A stretch of DNA of 26,689 nucleotides from a virus (Duplodnaviria; Caudoviricetes), in IMG/VR virus record IMGVR_UViG_3300010276_000069, positions 1 through 26,689 of that record, one strand, 5' to 3'. Position numbers and translations under genes: made by a program. Shown here piece after piece: positions 8,960 to 16,831 of this stretch. The notes under the pieces were generated by a model, which made no database searches, was not told the DNA's origin, and saw only the letters and a program-made list of their open reading frames with translations. The stretch's first letter is position 1; every line of letters begins with the position of its first letter.

Positions 8960-9535
8960 TTACTCAAACTTGATTTTAAACTCTGGCGGTTCTTCTACTA
9001 TGGTTACTCCCTCTACTATCTCTCCGGTGTCGGCTATAGTGGCTATGCTACCTTCAATGTTGATGAGCTTTTTAAAATCTCCCCATTTCGGCTCCTCAAC
9101 AGTTTTGATGTAGTCCGTGTATCCGTTGGCCTTAAGCCATGCAGTAAGCTTTTCTTTGTCCGGATTAGCCTTAACAGTTGCAAATTTCCTTACAAGAGTT
9201 CCTGAAAGGAGCCTGTATGTTTCCTGCGTCTTGGTTGCTTTCTTTGGTACCGTCTCGAAATATTGAAGTAGCTTGCCGGTCAGGAAGGCACTGTTTGCCT
9301 CGTAGCGCTTCCTTGCTTGCTCTGCTTTGTATGTTGCCTCTGCGATCATCTCGTCGGCCAGTGCCTTGATACGTTCGTACTCCTCTTTTTCTTCACGAAT
9401 CTTCTTAAGTGCCCATTCTGCGGTCCTGTCGTTGTTTATAGTAAATTCGGGTTTTGGGGCGCTCTCATCGGCGCCCGGCAGTTCTATGTTTTCAAGGTTA
9501 AATATCGAGGTCCTCTCCATATCACTCATGGTCAT
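8960..9535 (-). CDS. Mu Gam-like host-nuclease inhibitor family protein
   Basis: FTINNDRTAEWALKKI coiled-coil N-terminus, YRLLSGTL, GEIVEGV C-terminus. Confidence 0.7.
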   Translation of the reverse strand: MTMSDMERTSIFNLENIELPGADESAPKPEFTINNDRTAEWALKKIREEKEEYERIKALADEMIAEATYKAEQARKRYEANSAFLTGKLLQYFETVPKKATKTQETYRLLSGTLVRKFATVKANPDKEKLTAWLKANGYTDYIKTVEEPKWGDFKKLINIEGSIATIADTGEIVEGVTIVEEPPEFKIKFE

Positions 9536-9752
9536 TCTCCTTTCCTGTTTTTATTGCTACTAGCTCAGCCTTTACCTCTGCCAGCTCGGCTGCCAGCTTC
9601 TCGGCCAGTTCCTTTTTATCGCAAAAGTATTTATACCAGTCATCAGCACTTTTCCTGAGCTCACGGTTCTCGATTTCAAGTTCCGTATTCCTCGTTGCCA
9701 GATCCTCAATTGTTTTTGTTAGCGTTTGGATAGCTGTTTTTCTCTCATCCAT
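9522..9752 (-). CDS. Coiled-coil hypothetical protein
   Basis: ORF with GGGGG RBS in operon. Confidence 0.7.
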   Translation of the reverse strand: MDERKTAIQTLTKTIEDLATRNTELEIENRELRKSADDWYKYFCDKKELAEKLAAELAEVKAELVAIKTGKENDHE

Positions 9753-9770
9753 GGTTTTACCCCCTTCGTT

Positions 9771-10094
9771 TTATTCTTCTGATTCCCTGAGCAGGTCTTT
9801 TATTTCAGCTATAAACTCCGGTGTTTTGGCTATTGCCATCCCGATGATTGTAATCAGTATGGGTATTAAGTACTCTCCTCCAAAGGCGAAGTATCCACGC
9901 TCTATGTATGCTACCTTAACCGCCAGTGGTGTGATTATGATTGATATTCCGAGGGATATTGCTATGGTAATTGTGTATTTATTTATCTTTTTGGCCATAT
10001 GTGGTATAATGGCCTTGGATTGAGGTCCTTTCGCAAGGACTTTATTGGGTAGCTGTTCTCTGGGCAGCTGCCTTTTTTCTGTCTTGATAACCAT
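9771..10094 (-). CDS. Small membrane protein
   Basis: Two hydrophobic segments flanking ERGYFAFGGE motif. Confidence 0.7.
   Translation of the reverse strand: MVIKTEKRQLPREQLPNKVLAKGPQSKAIIPHMAKKINKYTITIAISLGISIIITPLAVKVAYIERGYFAFGGEYLIPILITIIGMAIAKTPEFIAEIKDLLRESEE
10002..10078 (+). ncRNA. Candidate antisense sRNA (~60 nt) with extended -10 promoter and intrinsic terminator
   Basis: TGgTATAAT at 10002-10010, hairpin 10022-10043, hairpin 10047-10073 followed by T-run; several G-U pairs valid only on + strand. Confidence 0.5.
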
Positions 10095-10096
10095 CC

Positions 10097-11173
10097 TTAT
10101 CCCTCCGTTCTATTCAGGCGATTCCATTTGCTTCGTGAAATATTCAGGATGTCCCATCCCAATGCTTCAAGCTCTGTAGCTCTATCGTAGCTTTGCACAT
10201 CTTGGCTGTGTCTGGTCACTGCGTTGGCCAGTCCCAGCAGGCTTAATTCTCCGCCTTTGATCAGGTGAGTTAGTACCCCATTGCTTTCCTCTTTAGTTAG
10301 GCCAAATTCTTTAGATGCGAGCTCAACCACTCCGGGTATGTCTACTGATGTTATCTTGGCCTCATCGGCCTCCCTCATTTTATCTACCAATCTGTTGAAT
10401 TTGGTCTGGTCCACTGCCTGTCTCACTGTGTCCTCTACTTTCATCAAGAAGGCTCTATCATCTGCCTCGATAGTCTCATCTCTGTAGATCTCGTAATCGT
10501 CGCCGGTATCATATCCTCTGCCTATGTGGTACCGACGCTGTCCTGAGTCTGAGGCTATCATGCCGTTGCTGCATACCAGTCTGTAAATTAAAGGCTGGAC
10601 ACTTACTGCTCCTTGGCCAGTCTCACTATTTGTGATTACAATGCCTGCCTGAACAATGTCCCCTTTCTTGACCTCTGCAGTTATTCTGGGATTGACTACC
10701 TTCAGGTACATCCTGCTCTCAGTGAGCTCGCAGCTCTCTACGGTTGCGTCTTTCATCTCTCTGATAATCGGGAGGACCGTCATTGCTATATCGTAGTTGT
10801 CTATTCTGCGGTACCTGTCGCTTAAAAAGGCTCTTGCCCTGCCGTCAAGTGTGCGCAGCATTCTTCTGCTCGGTGTCTTTGTGAACCATGCATTAACGTT
10901 TGCTGCCAAAAGTTCCGGGTATTCGCTCCTCATCTTGTCGTAATACTTAGCTGGAATATTCAGGTGCTGCCCTATTTGGCGATGTGTTATGTCGTTTATA
11001 CCCATCCTCAAAACATCGACCTGTCCATTTCTTTGGCTCATCATGTCAAGCATGATTCCGCCTTCATCGAGACTTAACCTTAAGTTGCGGGTATCGAGTA
11101 AATAGTCCTTTTTCTCCTTTACTTGTCGGTCCAGTTCTATGGCCAGCTCTTGTAATGTTCTTCCTGTTTTCAT
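10097..11173 (-). CDS. DUF932-family protein
   Basis: MKTGRTLQELA start (AGGAG RBS); RAFLSDRY, NSETG, RLVCSNGM motifs. Confidence 0.8.
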   Translation of the reverse strand: MKTGRTLQELAIELDRQVKEKKDYLLDTRNLRLSLDEGGIMLDMMSQRNGQVDVLRMGINDITHRQIGQHLNIPAKYYDKMRSEYPELLAANVNAWFTKTPSRRMLRTLDGRARAFLSDRYRRIDNYDIAMTVLPIIREMKDATVESCELTESRMYLKVVNPRITAEVKKGDIVQAGIVITNSETGQGAVSVQPLIYRLVCSNGMIASDSGQRRYHIGRGYDTGDDYEIYRDETIEADDRAFLMKVEDTVRQAVDQTKFNRLVDKMREADEAKITSVDIPGVVELASKEFGLTKEESNGVLTHLIKGGELSLLGLANAVTRHSQDVQSYDRATELEALGWDILNISRSKWNRLNRTEG

Positions 11174-11190
11174 GAACCATCTCTCCTTTT

Positions 11191-11439
11191 TTAATTTATT
11201 TCCTCGGCTGCTATCCGGGTCATGCATAACTCCATGGTGTATCTGGAAAACATCATTTCTCGGTATACATCTGCAGTGAGTAGCACAAGGTAGAAATCGT
11301 CGTAGTGTGTGTTGTTCGGTTCTCGCTCCTTAGCCATCTGCAGCTTTCTTCTGGCATAGCGTTCAGCTTCTTGGAAGTCCTCGTCCGGTGTCTCTATCCC
11401 GAGAAGCTTGTCCACCTGTTCCTTGAGCGCTTTGTCCAT
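11191..11439 (-). CDS. Hypothetical protein
   Basis: GAGGAGG RBS, operon position. Confidence 0.7.
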   Translation of the reverse strand: MDKALKEQVDKLLGIETPDEDFQEAERYARRKLQMAKEREPNNTHYDDFYLVLLTADVYREMMFSRYTMELCMTRIAAEEIN

Positions 11440-11454
11440 GGACCCTCTCCTCCT

Positions 11455-11538
11455 CTACTTTTTCTTCTGGTTGTTAATGACCGAGAGTATCACCAGCGTT
11501 GCGCAAATAATCAGGGTAATCAAAACGCCATTTGACAT
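11455..11538 (-). CDS. 27-aa single-pass membrane peptide (not in ORF track)
   Basis: AAGGAGG RBS then MSNGVLITLIICATLVILSVINNQKKK*. Confidence 0.6.
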   Translation of the reverse strand: MSNGVLITLIICATLVILSVINNQKKK

Positions 11539-12266
11539 CCTTCTACCTCCTTCCCTACAAGTCCCAGACGTTCTACTAGTGTCTGTGCTTGTCCATATGG
11601 CTGAGGTTCGTATCTTAGGTTCTTTAGCTTCTTGCCGCTTACTCCGTACTTCGGGTTATATCCAATTAGGTTTATGTATGCTGTCAGGTCGTCTCTCTCA
11701 TTGGCCATTGCCTTTAGTACTTCGTAAAGTGCCAGTACGTCATCTATGGCTCTGTGGCTGTTCTTTACCTTGTCCTGAAGATTGTATGCCTCGATGGCGT
11801 TCTCCAGTTTGTGCGGGTAGCTCCTGCGGTCCTTATAAACTGTCAATGTGTCGAGCACTGCCAGCTTGGCTGTAGGCAGCTTATTCTCTTTTCTCAACAT
11901 CGCTCCCACAAAGCTGACATCAAAGTGGGCGTTGTGCGCTACCATAAGTGTTGGACCGTCGCTTAACATGACTGCGAGCATGGCCGCTGCCTCTGCTCTG
12001 CTAACACCTTCCTTCTCAAGTAATGCATCTGTGATTCCTGTTAGTTCCACTATTTTCTGTGGCACCTTCTGGCCTTCGGGAAGATTTACAAAAAGCTCCA
12101 ACTTCTGATCTATCCTTGGGTTGCCGTAGGTATTGCTCTTTAGTTTTAAAGCTGCCAGCTCGATAATTTCGCAGCTTTCGCAGTCAAGGCCGGTTGTTTC
12201 TGTATCAAATAAAACTATGCTGTTGTGGCTCTTGAATAGTGAACCGAGTGGGTTTAGCTTCTCCAT
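11520..12266 (-). CDS. DEDDh 3'-5' exonuclease (DnaQ/PolC-exo-like)
   Basis: FDTETTG, AHNAHFD, HRAIDD motifs; start MEKLNP at 12266 behind AAGGAGG. Confidence 0.9.
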   Translation of the reverse strand: MEKLNPLGSLFKSHNSIVLFDTETTGLDCESCEIIELAALKLKSNTYGNPRIDQKLELFVNLPEGQKVPQKIVELTGITDALLEKEGVSRAEAAAMLAVMLSDGPTLMVAHNAHFDVSFVGAMLRKENKLPTAKLAVLDTLTVYKDRRSYPHKLENAIEAYNLQDKVKNSHRAIDDVLALYEVLKAMANERDDLTAYINLIGYNPKYGVSGKKLKNLRYEPQPYGQAQTLVERLGLVGKEVEGCQMAF

Positions 12267-12387
12267 GACTCTCCTCCTTTTTGGTTTTATCCGTGGCTCC
12301 TTTTGGTGTCCGGATTTCCTCTTGGCATTCGCATTTCTCTCCCGGATCGAGGTATGTTCCGCAGTTCTGGCATATGTAGTTGTGCAT
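12205..12387 (-). CDS. Small zinc-ribbon protein
   Basis: CQNCGTYLDPGEKCEC motif; AGGAG RBS. Confidence 0.65.
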   Translation of the reverse strand: MHNYICQNCGTYLDPGEKCECQEEIRTPKGATDKTKKEESHGEAKPTRFTIQEPQQHSFI

Positions 12388-12502
12388 CTTGTTCTCTCCT
12401 TTCTTTGCTTGTGCAGTGTGGGCAAATATAGCCGGCAGCTGAGGTTTTTATGTGAATGCTGACATTCCATACCTTACTGCATCTCGTGCATGTCATATTC
12501 AT
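12287..12502 (-). CDS. Small zinc-ribbon protein
   Basis: MNMTCTRC...YICPHC; start overlaps upstream stop. Confidence 0.5.
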   Translation of the reverse strand: MNMTCTRCSKVWNVSIHIKTSAAGYICPHCTSKERREQDAQLHMPELRNIPRSGREMRMPRGNPDTKRSHG

Positions 12503-12786
12503 AGCCTGTCGCCCTCTGCCAGCATCTCCATGAGGTGGTTCTGGATCCTCGTCTGGTATTTCTTGCGGATCCTTTTTCTCTTGGAGTGCTTGTAATAATG
12601 CCACCATTTCGGATTAATGTCTCTGGCTGCCGCCTCCATGAGCTTGTCCCATAGCTCTTTGGCTTGTTTGCAAACGCATTCAATAATTGGTTTTATAGCC
12701 TCAGTAGCATCTACCAGATTCTTTAGGGCTTCGTTTAATTGCTGCAGCTGTTCGGCGTTGGGTTGTGGCATATTGGTGCAATCCAT
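12499..12786 (-). CDS. Hypothetical protein with basic C-terminus
   Basis: GGAGG RBS; HSKRKRIRKKY motif. Confidence 0.7.
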   Translation of the reverse strand: MDCTNMPQPNAEQLQQLNEALKNLVDATEAIKPIIECVCKQAKELWDKLMEAAARDINPKWWHYYKHSKRKRIRKKYQTRIQNHLMEMLAEGDRL

Positions 12787-12984
12787 CTATGTCACCTCCT
12801 CTCCAATTATGGCTTGGCAGGCTTCGTCTAGCGCCATTCCTGTGAGCAATGTAATACTGGCCTTTGCCACTTCGCTGGCTTCGGCGTCTGTGCTTCCGAT
12901 GTTTGTCTGTCCGAGTGTTTCTCCGGTCCTTCTGTCAATGCTAATCCTTAAAACATTGAGCTTCATATGCTTACCCCCTCTCAT
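12787..12984 (-). CDS. Hypothetical protein
   Basis: AGGAGG RBS; operon position. Confidence 0.6.
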   Translation of the reverse strand: MRGGKHMKLNVLRISIDRRTGETLGQTNIGSTDAEASEVAKASITLLTGMALDEACQAIIGEEVT

Positions 12985-12993
12985 ACCGCCTCC

Positions 12994-13167
12994 TTATTTC
13001 TTTGTTTTTCTGGCTTCCTCAAATTCTTTAAGGTCCTGTGGTGTGATGTGGTACAGTCTCCCAGATTTGATGGCTCCGAGCTTTTTCTTCCGGATCCAGT
13101 CCCACACCGTTATAACCTTTACTCCGTAAATTTCAGCGACTTGTTCGGGTGTGAGATATTTTTCCAC
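12994..13167 (-). CDS. HTH_17 excisionase/Cro-like DNA-binding protein (57 aa, not in ORF track)
   Basis: AAGGAGG RBS, GTG start; MEKYLTPEQVAEIYGVKVITVWDWIRKKKLGAIKSGRLYHITPQDLKEF... Confidence 0.85.
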   Translation of the reverse strand: MEKYLTPEQVAEIYGVKVITVWDWIRKKKLGAIKSGRLYHITPQDLKEFEEARKTKK

Positions 13168-13185
13168 TTTATTCCCTCCTTTTAC

Positions 13186-13214
13186 TTGTGTTTAGTTCGG
13201 TTTTATGGTATTCT
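13186..13214 (+). promoter_or_regulatory. Candidate rightward promoter
   Basis: TTGTGT-17 bp-TATTCT with TG extension. Confidence 0.4.
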
Positions 13215-13315
13215 TAATCTGCGACGATGTATGAATACCGAACCGAAACCTCTTGAAAAAAGGATTTTTCTTGGGGTTAGCTTTGTTTTTCCTTTTTTCA
13301 GTTTGGTGTAGTTTT

Positions 13316-13344
13316 ATTGTATTAGAAAACTTTCTATTTGTCAA
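13316..13344 (-). promoter_or_regulatory. SigmaA promoter for leftward early (lytic) operon
   Basis: TTGACA (13344-13339), 17 bp spacer, TACAAT (13321-13316). Confidence 0.8.
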
Positions 13345-13372
13345 TAATATTTTAGAAAGTGTTCTAAAATAT
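13323..13372. promoter_or_regulatory. Two palindromic operators TAGAAA-NN-(T/G)TTCTA
   Basis: tagaaaactttcta 13323-13336 (inside promoter spacer) and atattttagaa-agtg-ttctaaaatat 13347-13372, 30 bp apart. Confidence 0.7.
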
Positions 13373-13392
13373 ATGAAAGGAGGGTATTTCTG

Positions 13393-13806
13393 TTGAGCTC
13401 TGTTTATGACAAAGTAAAAGCAATAGCTGATGAGCGTAACTTAACTATTTCTGCTATCGAAAACGGTGCGCAAATAAGCAATGGTTCGATTATGAAATGG
13501 AAAAAAAGTGTTCCGAGGGCCGATTATCTTTACAAAGTATCAAAGTTTTTGAATGTGCCGATAGAATATTTTCTAAATGACGATTATCAATTTTCTTGTA
13601 ATAGAGAGGATAGCGTTCTTGGTGAGCTTTCTGATAGAGAAATAAGGATTATTGAACTTTACAGACAACTTGATGAAGTAGAACGGATAAAAATAGAGGG
13701 TATGCTTGAGATAAAAATTTATGAATCTCATATATCTAAAAAGGGAATGTCATCTACTTATCGGAATGGAGAAGAAGCGGCGACTAGAGAAAAGAAGCAT
13801 GCTTAA
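13393..13806 (+). CDS. XRE-family HTH repressor (CI-like)
   Basis: LTISAIENGAQISNGSIMKWKKSVPRADYLYKVSKFLNVPIEYF HTH; AAGGAGG RBS; divergent from early operon. Confidence 0.85.
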   Translation: MSSVYDKVKAIADERNLTISAIENGAQISNGSIMKWKKSVPRADYLYKVSKFLNVPIEYFLNDDYQFSCNREDSVLGELSDREIRIIELYRQLDEVERIKIEGMLEIKIYESHISKKGMSSTYRNGEEAATREKKHA

Positions 13807-13847
13807 GCGTTTTGAAGTGTTTCATAATGTGCTTGGGAGGTGATTTT

Positions 13848-14174
13848 TTGTCTGTCAGTGAAAGAATTTTTTCGCTTCTTAAAAAATCTAAAAGAAAACA
13901 ATCTGAATTAGCTGCATATATCGGTGTTAAACCTAATACCGTATCTGGGTGGAAAAATGAAGGATCTACTCCGTCTACGGATCTTATTCCATTAATTGCT
14001 GATTTTTTTGGAGTATCAACAGACTACATCTTAACTGGGACAGAATTTAGAAAGAATTTGAATAACAAATTATCCGAACAGGAAGCAGAGCTGCTGCGTA
14101 TTTTTAATTTGCTGGACATCAGAAAGCAGACCGCCCTCCTGTCATATGCTTACAAATTAGAGGATGAAAACTAA
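13848..14174 (+). CDS. Second XRE-family HTH regulator
   Basis: QSELAAYIGVKPNTVSGWK...IADFFGVSTDYIL; TTG start at 13848 behind GGAGGTG. Confidence 0.85.
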   Translation: MSVSERIFSLLKKSKRKQSELAAYIGVKPNTVSGWKNEGSTPSTDLIPLIADFFGVSTDYILTGTEFRKNLNNKLSEQEAELLRIFNLLDIRKQTALLSYAYKLEDEN

Positions 14175-14199
14175 TAAAAGAATGAAAGGAAGTGTATTT

Positions 14200-14655
14200 A
14201 TGGGATTGCGTTTTAGGAAGAGTATTAAAATAGCTCCCGGCCTTAAGCTCAATATCAATAAAAAGAGCATTGGCCTAACTTTTGGGGCTAGAGGTTTTTC
14301 ACACACTATCAATTCAAGTGGAAGGAGGACCACTACCGTCGGACTTCCGGGTTCAGGCCTATCGTACTCAAAAATAAGCACAACAAAAGCAGCAAGTAAA
14401 CGAGCCACTTCGTCTGAAGAATGCGCTTCTGCAATTGAAAATTCAGGAGAAAGCATGCGCTCACAAAAAGCTGCTTTAGTTTTATGCGTGTTTTTTGGCC
14501 TTTTAGGTGCCCATCGATTTTATGTTAAAAAGATAGGTACTGGGTTGCTGTATTTCTTTACCGTTGGATTGTTTGGTATAGGTTGGATTGTTGATATTGT
14601 TAAAATAATTTCTGGTAATTTCCGGGACGCATCTGGGTTGGTCCTGAAAAAATAA
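14200..14655 (+). CDS. DUF4236 + TM2-domain membrane protein (possible superinfection exclusion)
   Basis: MGLRFRKSIKIAPG...GLPGSGLSY (DUF4236) and FFGLLGAHRFY...GLFGIGWIVD (TM2). Confidence 0.8.
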   Translation: MGLRFRKSIKIAPGLKLNINKKSIGLTFGARGFSHTINSSGRRTTTVGLPGSGLSYSKISTTKAASKRATSSEECASAIENSGESMRSQKAALVLCVFFGLLGAHRFYVKKIGTGLLYFFTVGLFGIGWIVDIVKIISGNFRDASGLVLKK

Positions 14656-14691
14656 AAAGCCTCCCTTTGGAGGTTGAAAGGAGGTTATCTG

Positions 14692-16371
14692 TTGAATGTA
14701 GTTATTTATGCTCGCTATAGCAGCGATAATCAAAGAGAGGAGTCCATCGATGCTCAAATACGGGCCATAAAGGAATATGCAGCTCGTGAAGGTCATAACA
14801 TTATCAGGATCTATGCTGATGAGGCCAAGTCTGCCACTACGGACCAGCGTCCGGAGTTTCTGGCCATGATGAAAGATGCTGAAAGCGGTCTCTTTCAGGC
14901 TGTGATTGTGCATAAGCTTGACCGATTCAGCCGTGACAGGTTTGATTCTGCATATTATAAACGACACCTGAAGAAGTGCGGAGTGCGTCTGATTTCCGTT
15001 TTGGAAAACCTAGACGACAGTCCGGAATCTATTATTCTGGAGTCGGTGTTAGAAGGTATGGCCGAATATTATAGCCGTAATCTGTCCCGAGAAGTTATGA
15101 AGGGAATGAAAGAGACGGCCTATCAGTGTAAACATACCGGAGGTATTCCTCCACTGGGCTACGATGTTGGTCCTGATAAAACATATGTTATCAACGAGAC
15201 TGAAGCAGAGGCTGTACGTCTCATTTTCCAGATGTATGCCGATGGCCATGGCTATGGCGCAATCATTGACGCTTTGAATGCCAGAGGATTTAAAACAAAA
15301 GCCGGCAGGCCTTTTGGGAAAAATAGTATTCATGATCTCCTCAAGAATGAAAAATATACCGGGGTCTTTGTTTTTAATAAGGTTTATAACAAAGTGGACG
15401 GTAAAAGAAACGGCCACAAATTGAAGCCTGACTCAGAAATTATCCGGATTCCCGGTGGATGTCCTGCGATTATATCTAAAGAACTATGGGAAAGGGTGAA
15501 AAAGAGGTTGGATGCAAATAAAAGGGCCACTGGTGCCTATTCTGCAAAGATTGTATATTTACTTTCTGGTTTGATTTACTGTGGCAAATGTGGCTGCGCT
15601 ATGGTAGGCAATCGTGCCAAGATGGGAAGGAATAAAACCGAGTACGCTTACTATGGATGCAGCACGAGGAAAAGGACAAAAAGTTGCGATATGAAGCCTG
15701 TTAATAAAGCCTTCATTGAAGGGAAGGTCCTTGACGCTCTCTACGAAAATCTTTTTGCCGATCATGTTATCGACTTGGCCACAGATATGATTTATAATCA
15801 TGCTGCCTCTCAAAACACAGAAATACCGAAGCAGATAGCTGCTCTGGAGAAGCAGCTCGGGACTGTTGAAATTGAAATTAAAAATATTGTCAATGCTATT
15901 GCTGCAGGGATGTTCCACGAGTCAATGAAAGAAAAAATGGATGAGCTGGAGGCCTCAAGGTCTGCTCTGCGGATCCGGATTGAAGAGGCAAAACTGCAGC
16001 AGCAGTCTCATTCTCTTACTCGTGAGCAGATTCGTGCCTTCTTGGCTCGTTATCGTGATATTAAAGAGATGACTCCGGCCAAACAAAAGGAGGCTATTCA
16101 GGTATTTGTTGAGCGTGTCACCGTGTATGTTGACCGTATCGATATGGAAATTTTAACCGTCCCCGGAAATAGCTCGAGTAAAAATATAAAAACCGCCAGT
16201 CGGCAAACTGGCGGTAGTGAAACTGTTCAAGAAAGCGGGTCGGGCCATCTTGACAGTAGTTTGGACTTGTTGGTGGAGGCGAACCGTGACCTGTCAAGGC
16301 CAAAAAATCAGGAGCCTTTTAAAATGCGTATATCTATTGCTATTGGTGATTATAGGCATCAAACCAAATAA
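14692..16371 (+). CDS. Large serine recombinase (integrase)
   Basis: YARYSS catalytic motif, KLDRFSR, recombinase domain, LLSGLIYCGKCG...YYGC zinc ribbon, coiled coil; TTG start behind AAGGAGG. Confidence 0.95.
   Translation: MNVVIYARYSSDNQREESIDAQIRAIKEYAAREGHNIIRIYADEAKSATTDQRPEFLAMMKDAESGLFQAVIVHKLDRFSRDRFDSAYYKRHLKKCGVRLISVLENLDDSPESIILESVLEGMAEYYSRNLSREVMKGMKETAYQCKHTGGIPPLGYDVGPDKTYVINETEAEAVRLIFQMYADGHGYGAIIDALNARGFKTKAGRPFGKNSIHDLLKNEKYTGVFVFNKVYNKVDGKRNGHKLKPDSEIIRIPGGCPAIISKELWERVKKRLDANKRATGAYSAKIVYLLSGLIYCGKCGCAMVGNRAKMGRNKTEYAYYGCSTRKRTKSCDMKPVNKAFIEGKVLDALYENLFADHVIDLATDMIYNHAASQNTEIPKQIAALEKQLGTVEIEIKNIVNAIAAGMFHESMKEKMDELEASRSALRIRIEEAKLQQQSHSLTREQIRAFLARYRDIKEMTPAKQKEAIQVFVERVTVYVDRIDMEILTVPGNSSSKNIKTASRQTGGSETVQESGSGHLDSSLDLLVEANRDLSRPKNQEPFKMRISIAIGDYRHQTK
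16187..16215 (-). terminator. Intrinsic terminator on minus strand embedded in the integrase CDS
   Basis: accgccagt-cggcaa-actggcggt perfect 9-bp stem; U-tract only in minus direction. Confidence 0.6.
16260..16304. other. Candidate attP containing a tmRNA/tRNA-Ala-like 3' end
   Basis: Inverted arms tttggacttg / caaggccaaa (9/10) centred at ~16282; minus strand 16282-16271 reads TCGCCTCCACCA. Confidence 0.65.
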
Positions 16372-16372
16372 T

Positions 16373-16414
16373 AAAAAATCCCGCTCCGAATTTGCTCCGG
16401 GGCGGGATTTTTTT
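16373..16414. terminator. Bidirectional intrinsic terminator between integrase and holin
   Basis: aaaaaatcccgctccg...cggggcgggattttttt between convergent genes. Confidence 0.85.
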
Positions 16415-16820
16415 ATGCTGGCAGCCGGTTCTTATCTTTGTTCTGTTTGACCAGCTGCTCTATTTTACTCTTTAACCACAGATCGAGATCTCCATACATT
16501 TCTATAATTATTTCCCTTGCCTCTGCAGTTAATAAAGAGAGCGCTATATCCTTGGCCTTATTAAATGCTTCCAGTTGTGCTTCTTTGGTAAATTCACCTT
16601 TTGCCTTCAGGTCCTCGACAAAGGTTTGGAATGTCGTTTCTACTGCTTGAAGCACTATGTCGTTGGCCTCTTGAATGTAATACCTGATAGTTTGATTTTC
16701 GATATTGTTGGTTATTTCTGCTGCTTTTTTTCTCATGTATGTGATTAAGTATCCACTGACTGCTACCAAAAGTGGCAGCACTACTGCTGTCATTATGGTG
16801 TTTATAAATTCGCTATTCAT
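16413..16820 (-). CDS. Holin (LL-H-like)
   Basis: Single N-terminal TM, AVETTFQTFV...KIEQLVK pattern; follows endolysin. Confidence 0.7.
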   Translation of the reverse strand: MNSEFINTIMTAVVLPLLVAVSGYLITYMRKKAAEITNNIENQTIRYYIQEANDIVLQAVETTFQTFVEDLKAKGEFTKEAQLEAFNKAKDIALSLLTAEAREIIIEMYGDLDLWLKSKIEQLVKQNKDKNRLPA

Positions 16821-16831
16821 GGTTTTCCTCC

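Noticed and set aside
848-13311. Numerous plus-strand ORFs opposite the early operon
   Set aside because: Antisense to well-supported, tightly coupled minus-strand genes; no recognisable motifs
14657-14675. Short hairpin agcctcc-cttt-ggaggtt before the integrase
   Set aside because: Weak stem with no + strand U-tract; function unsupported
16271-16282. Complete tRNA/tmRNA gene
   Set aside because: Only a 12-nt 3'-end match with no T-arm; treated as att core
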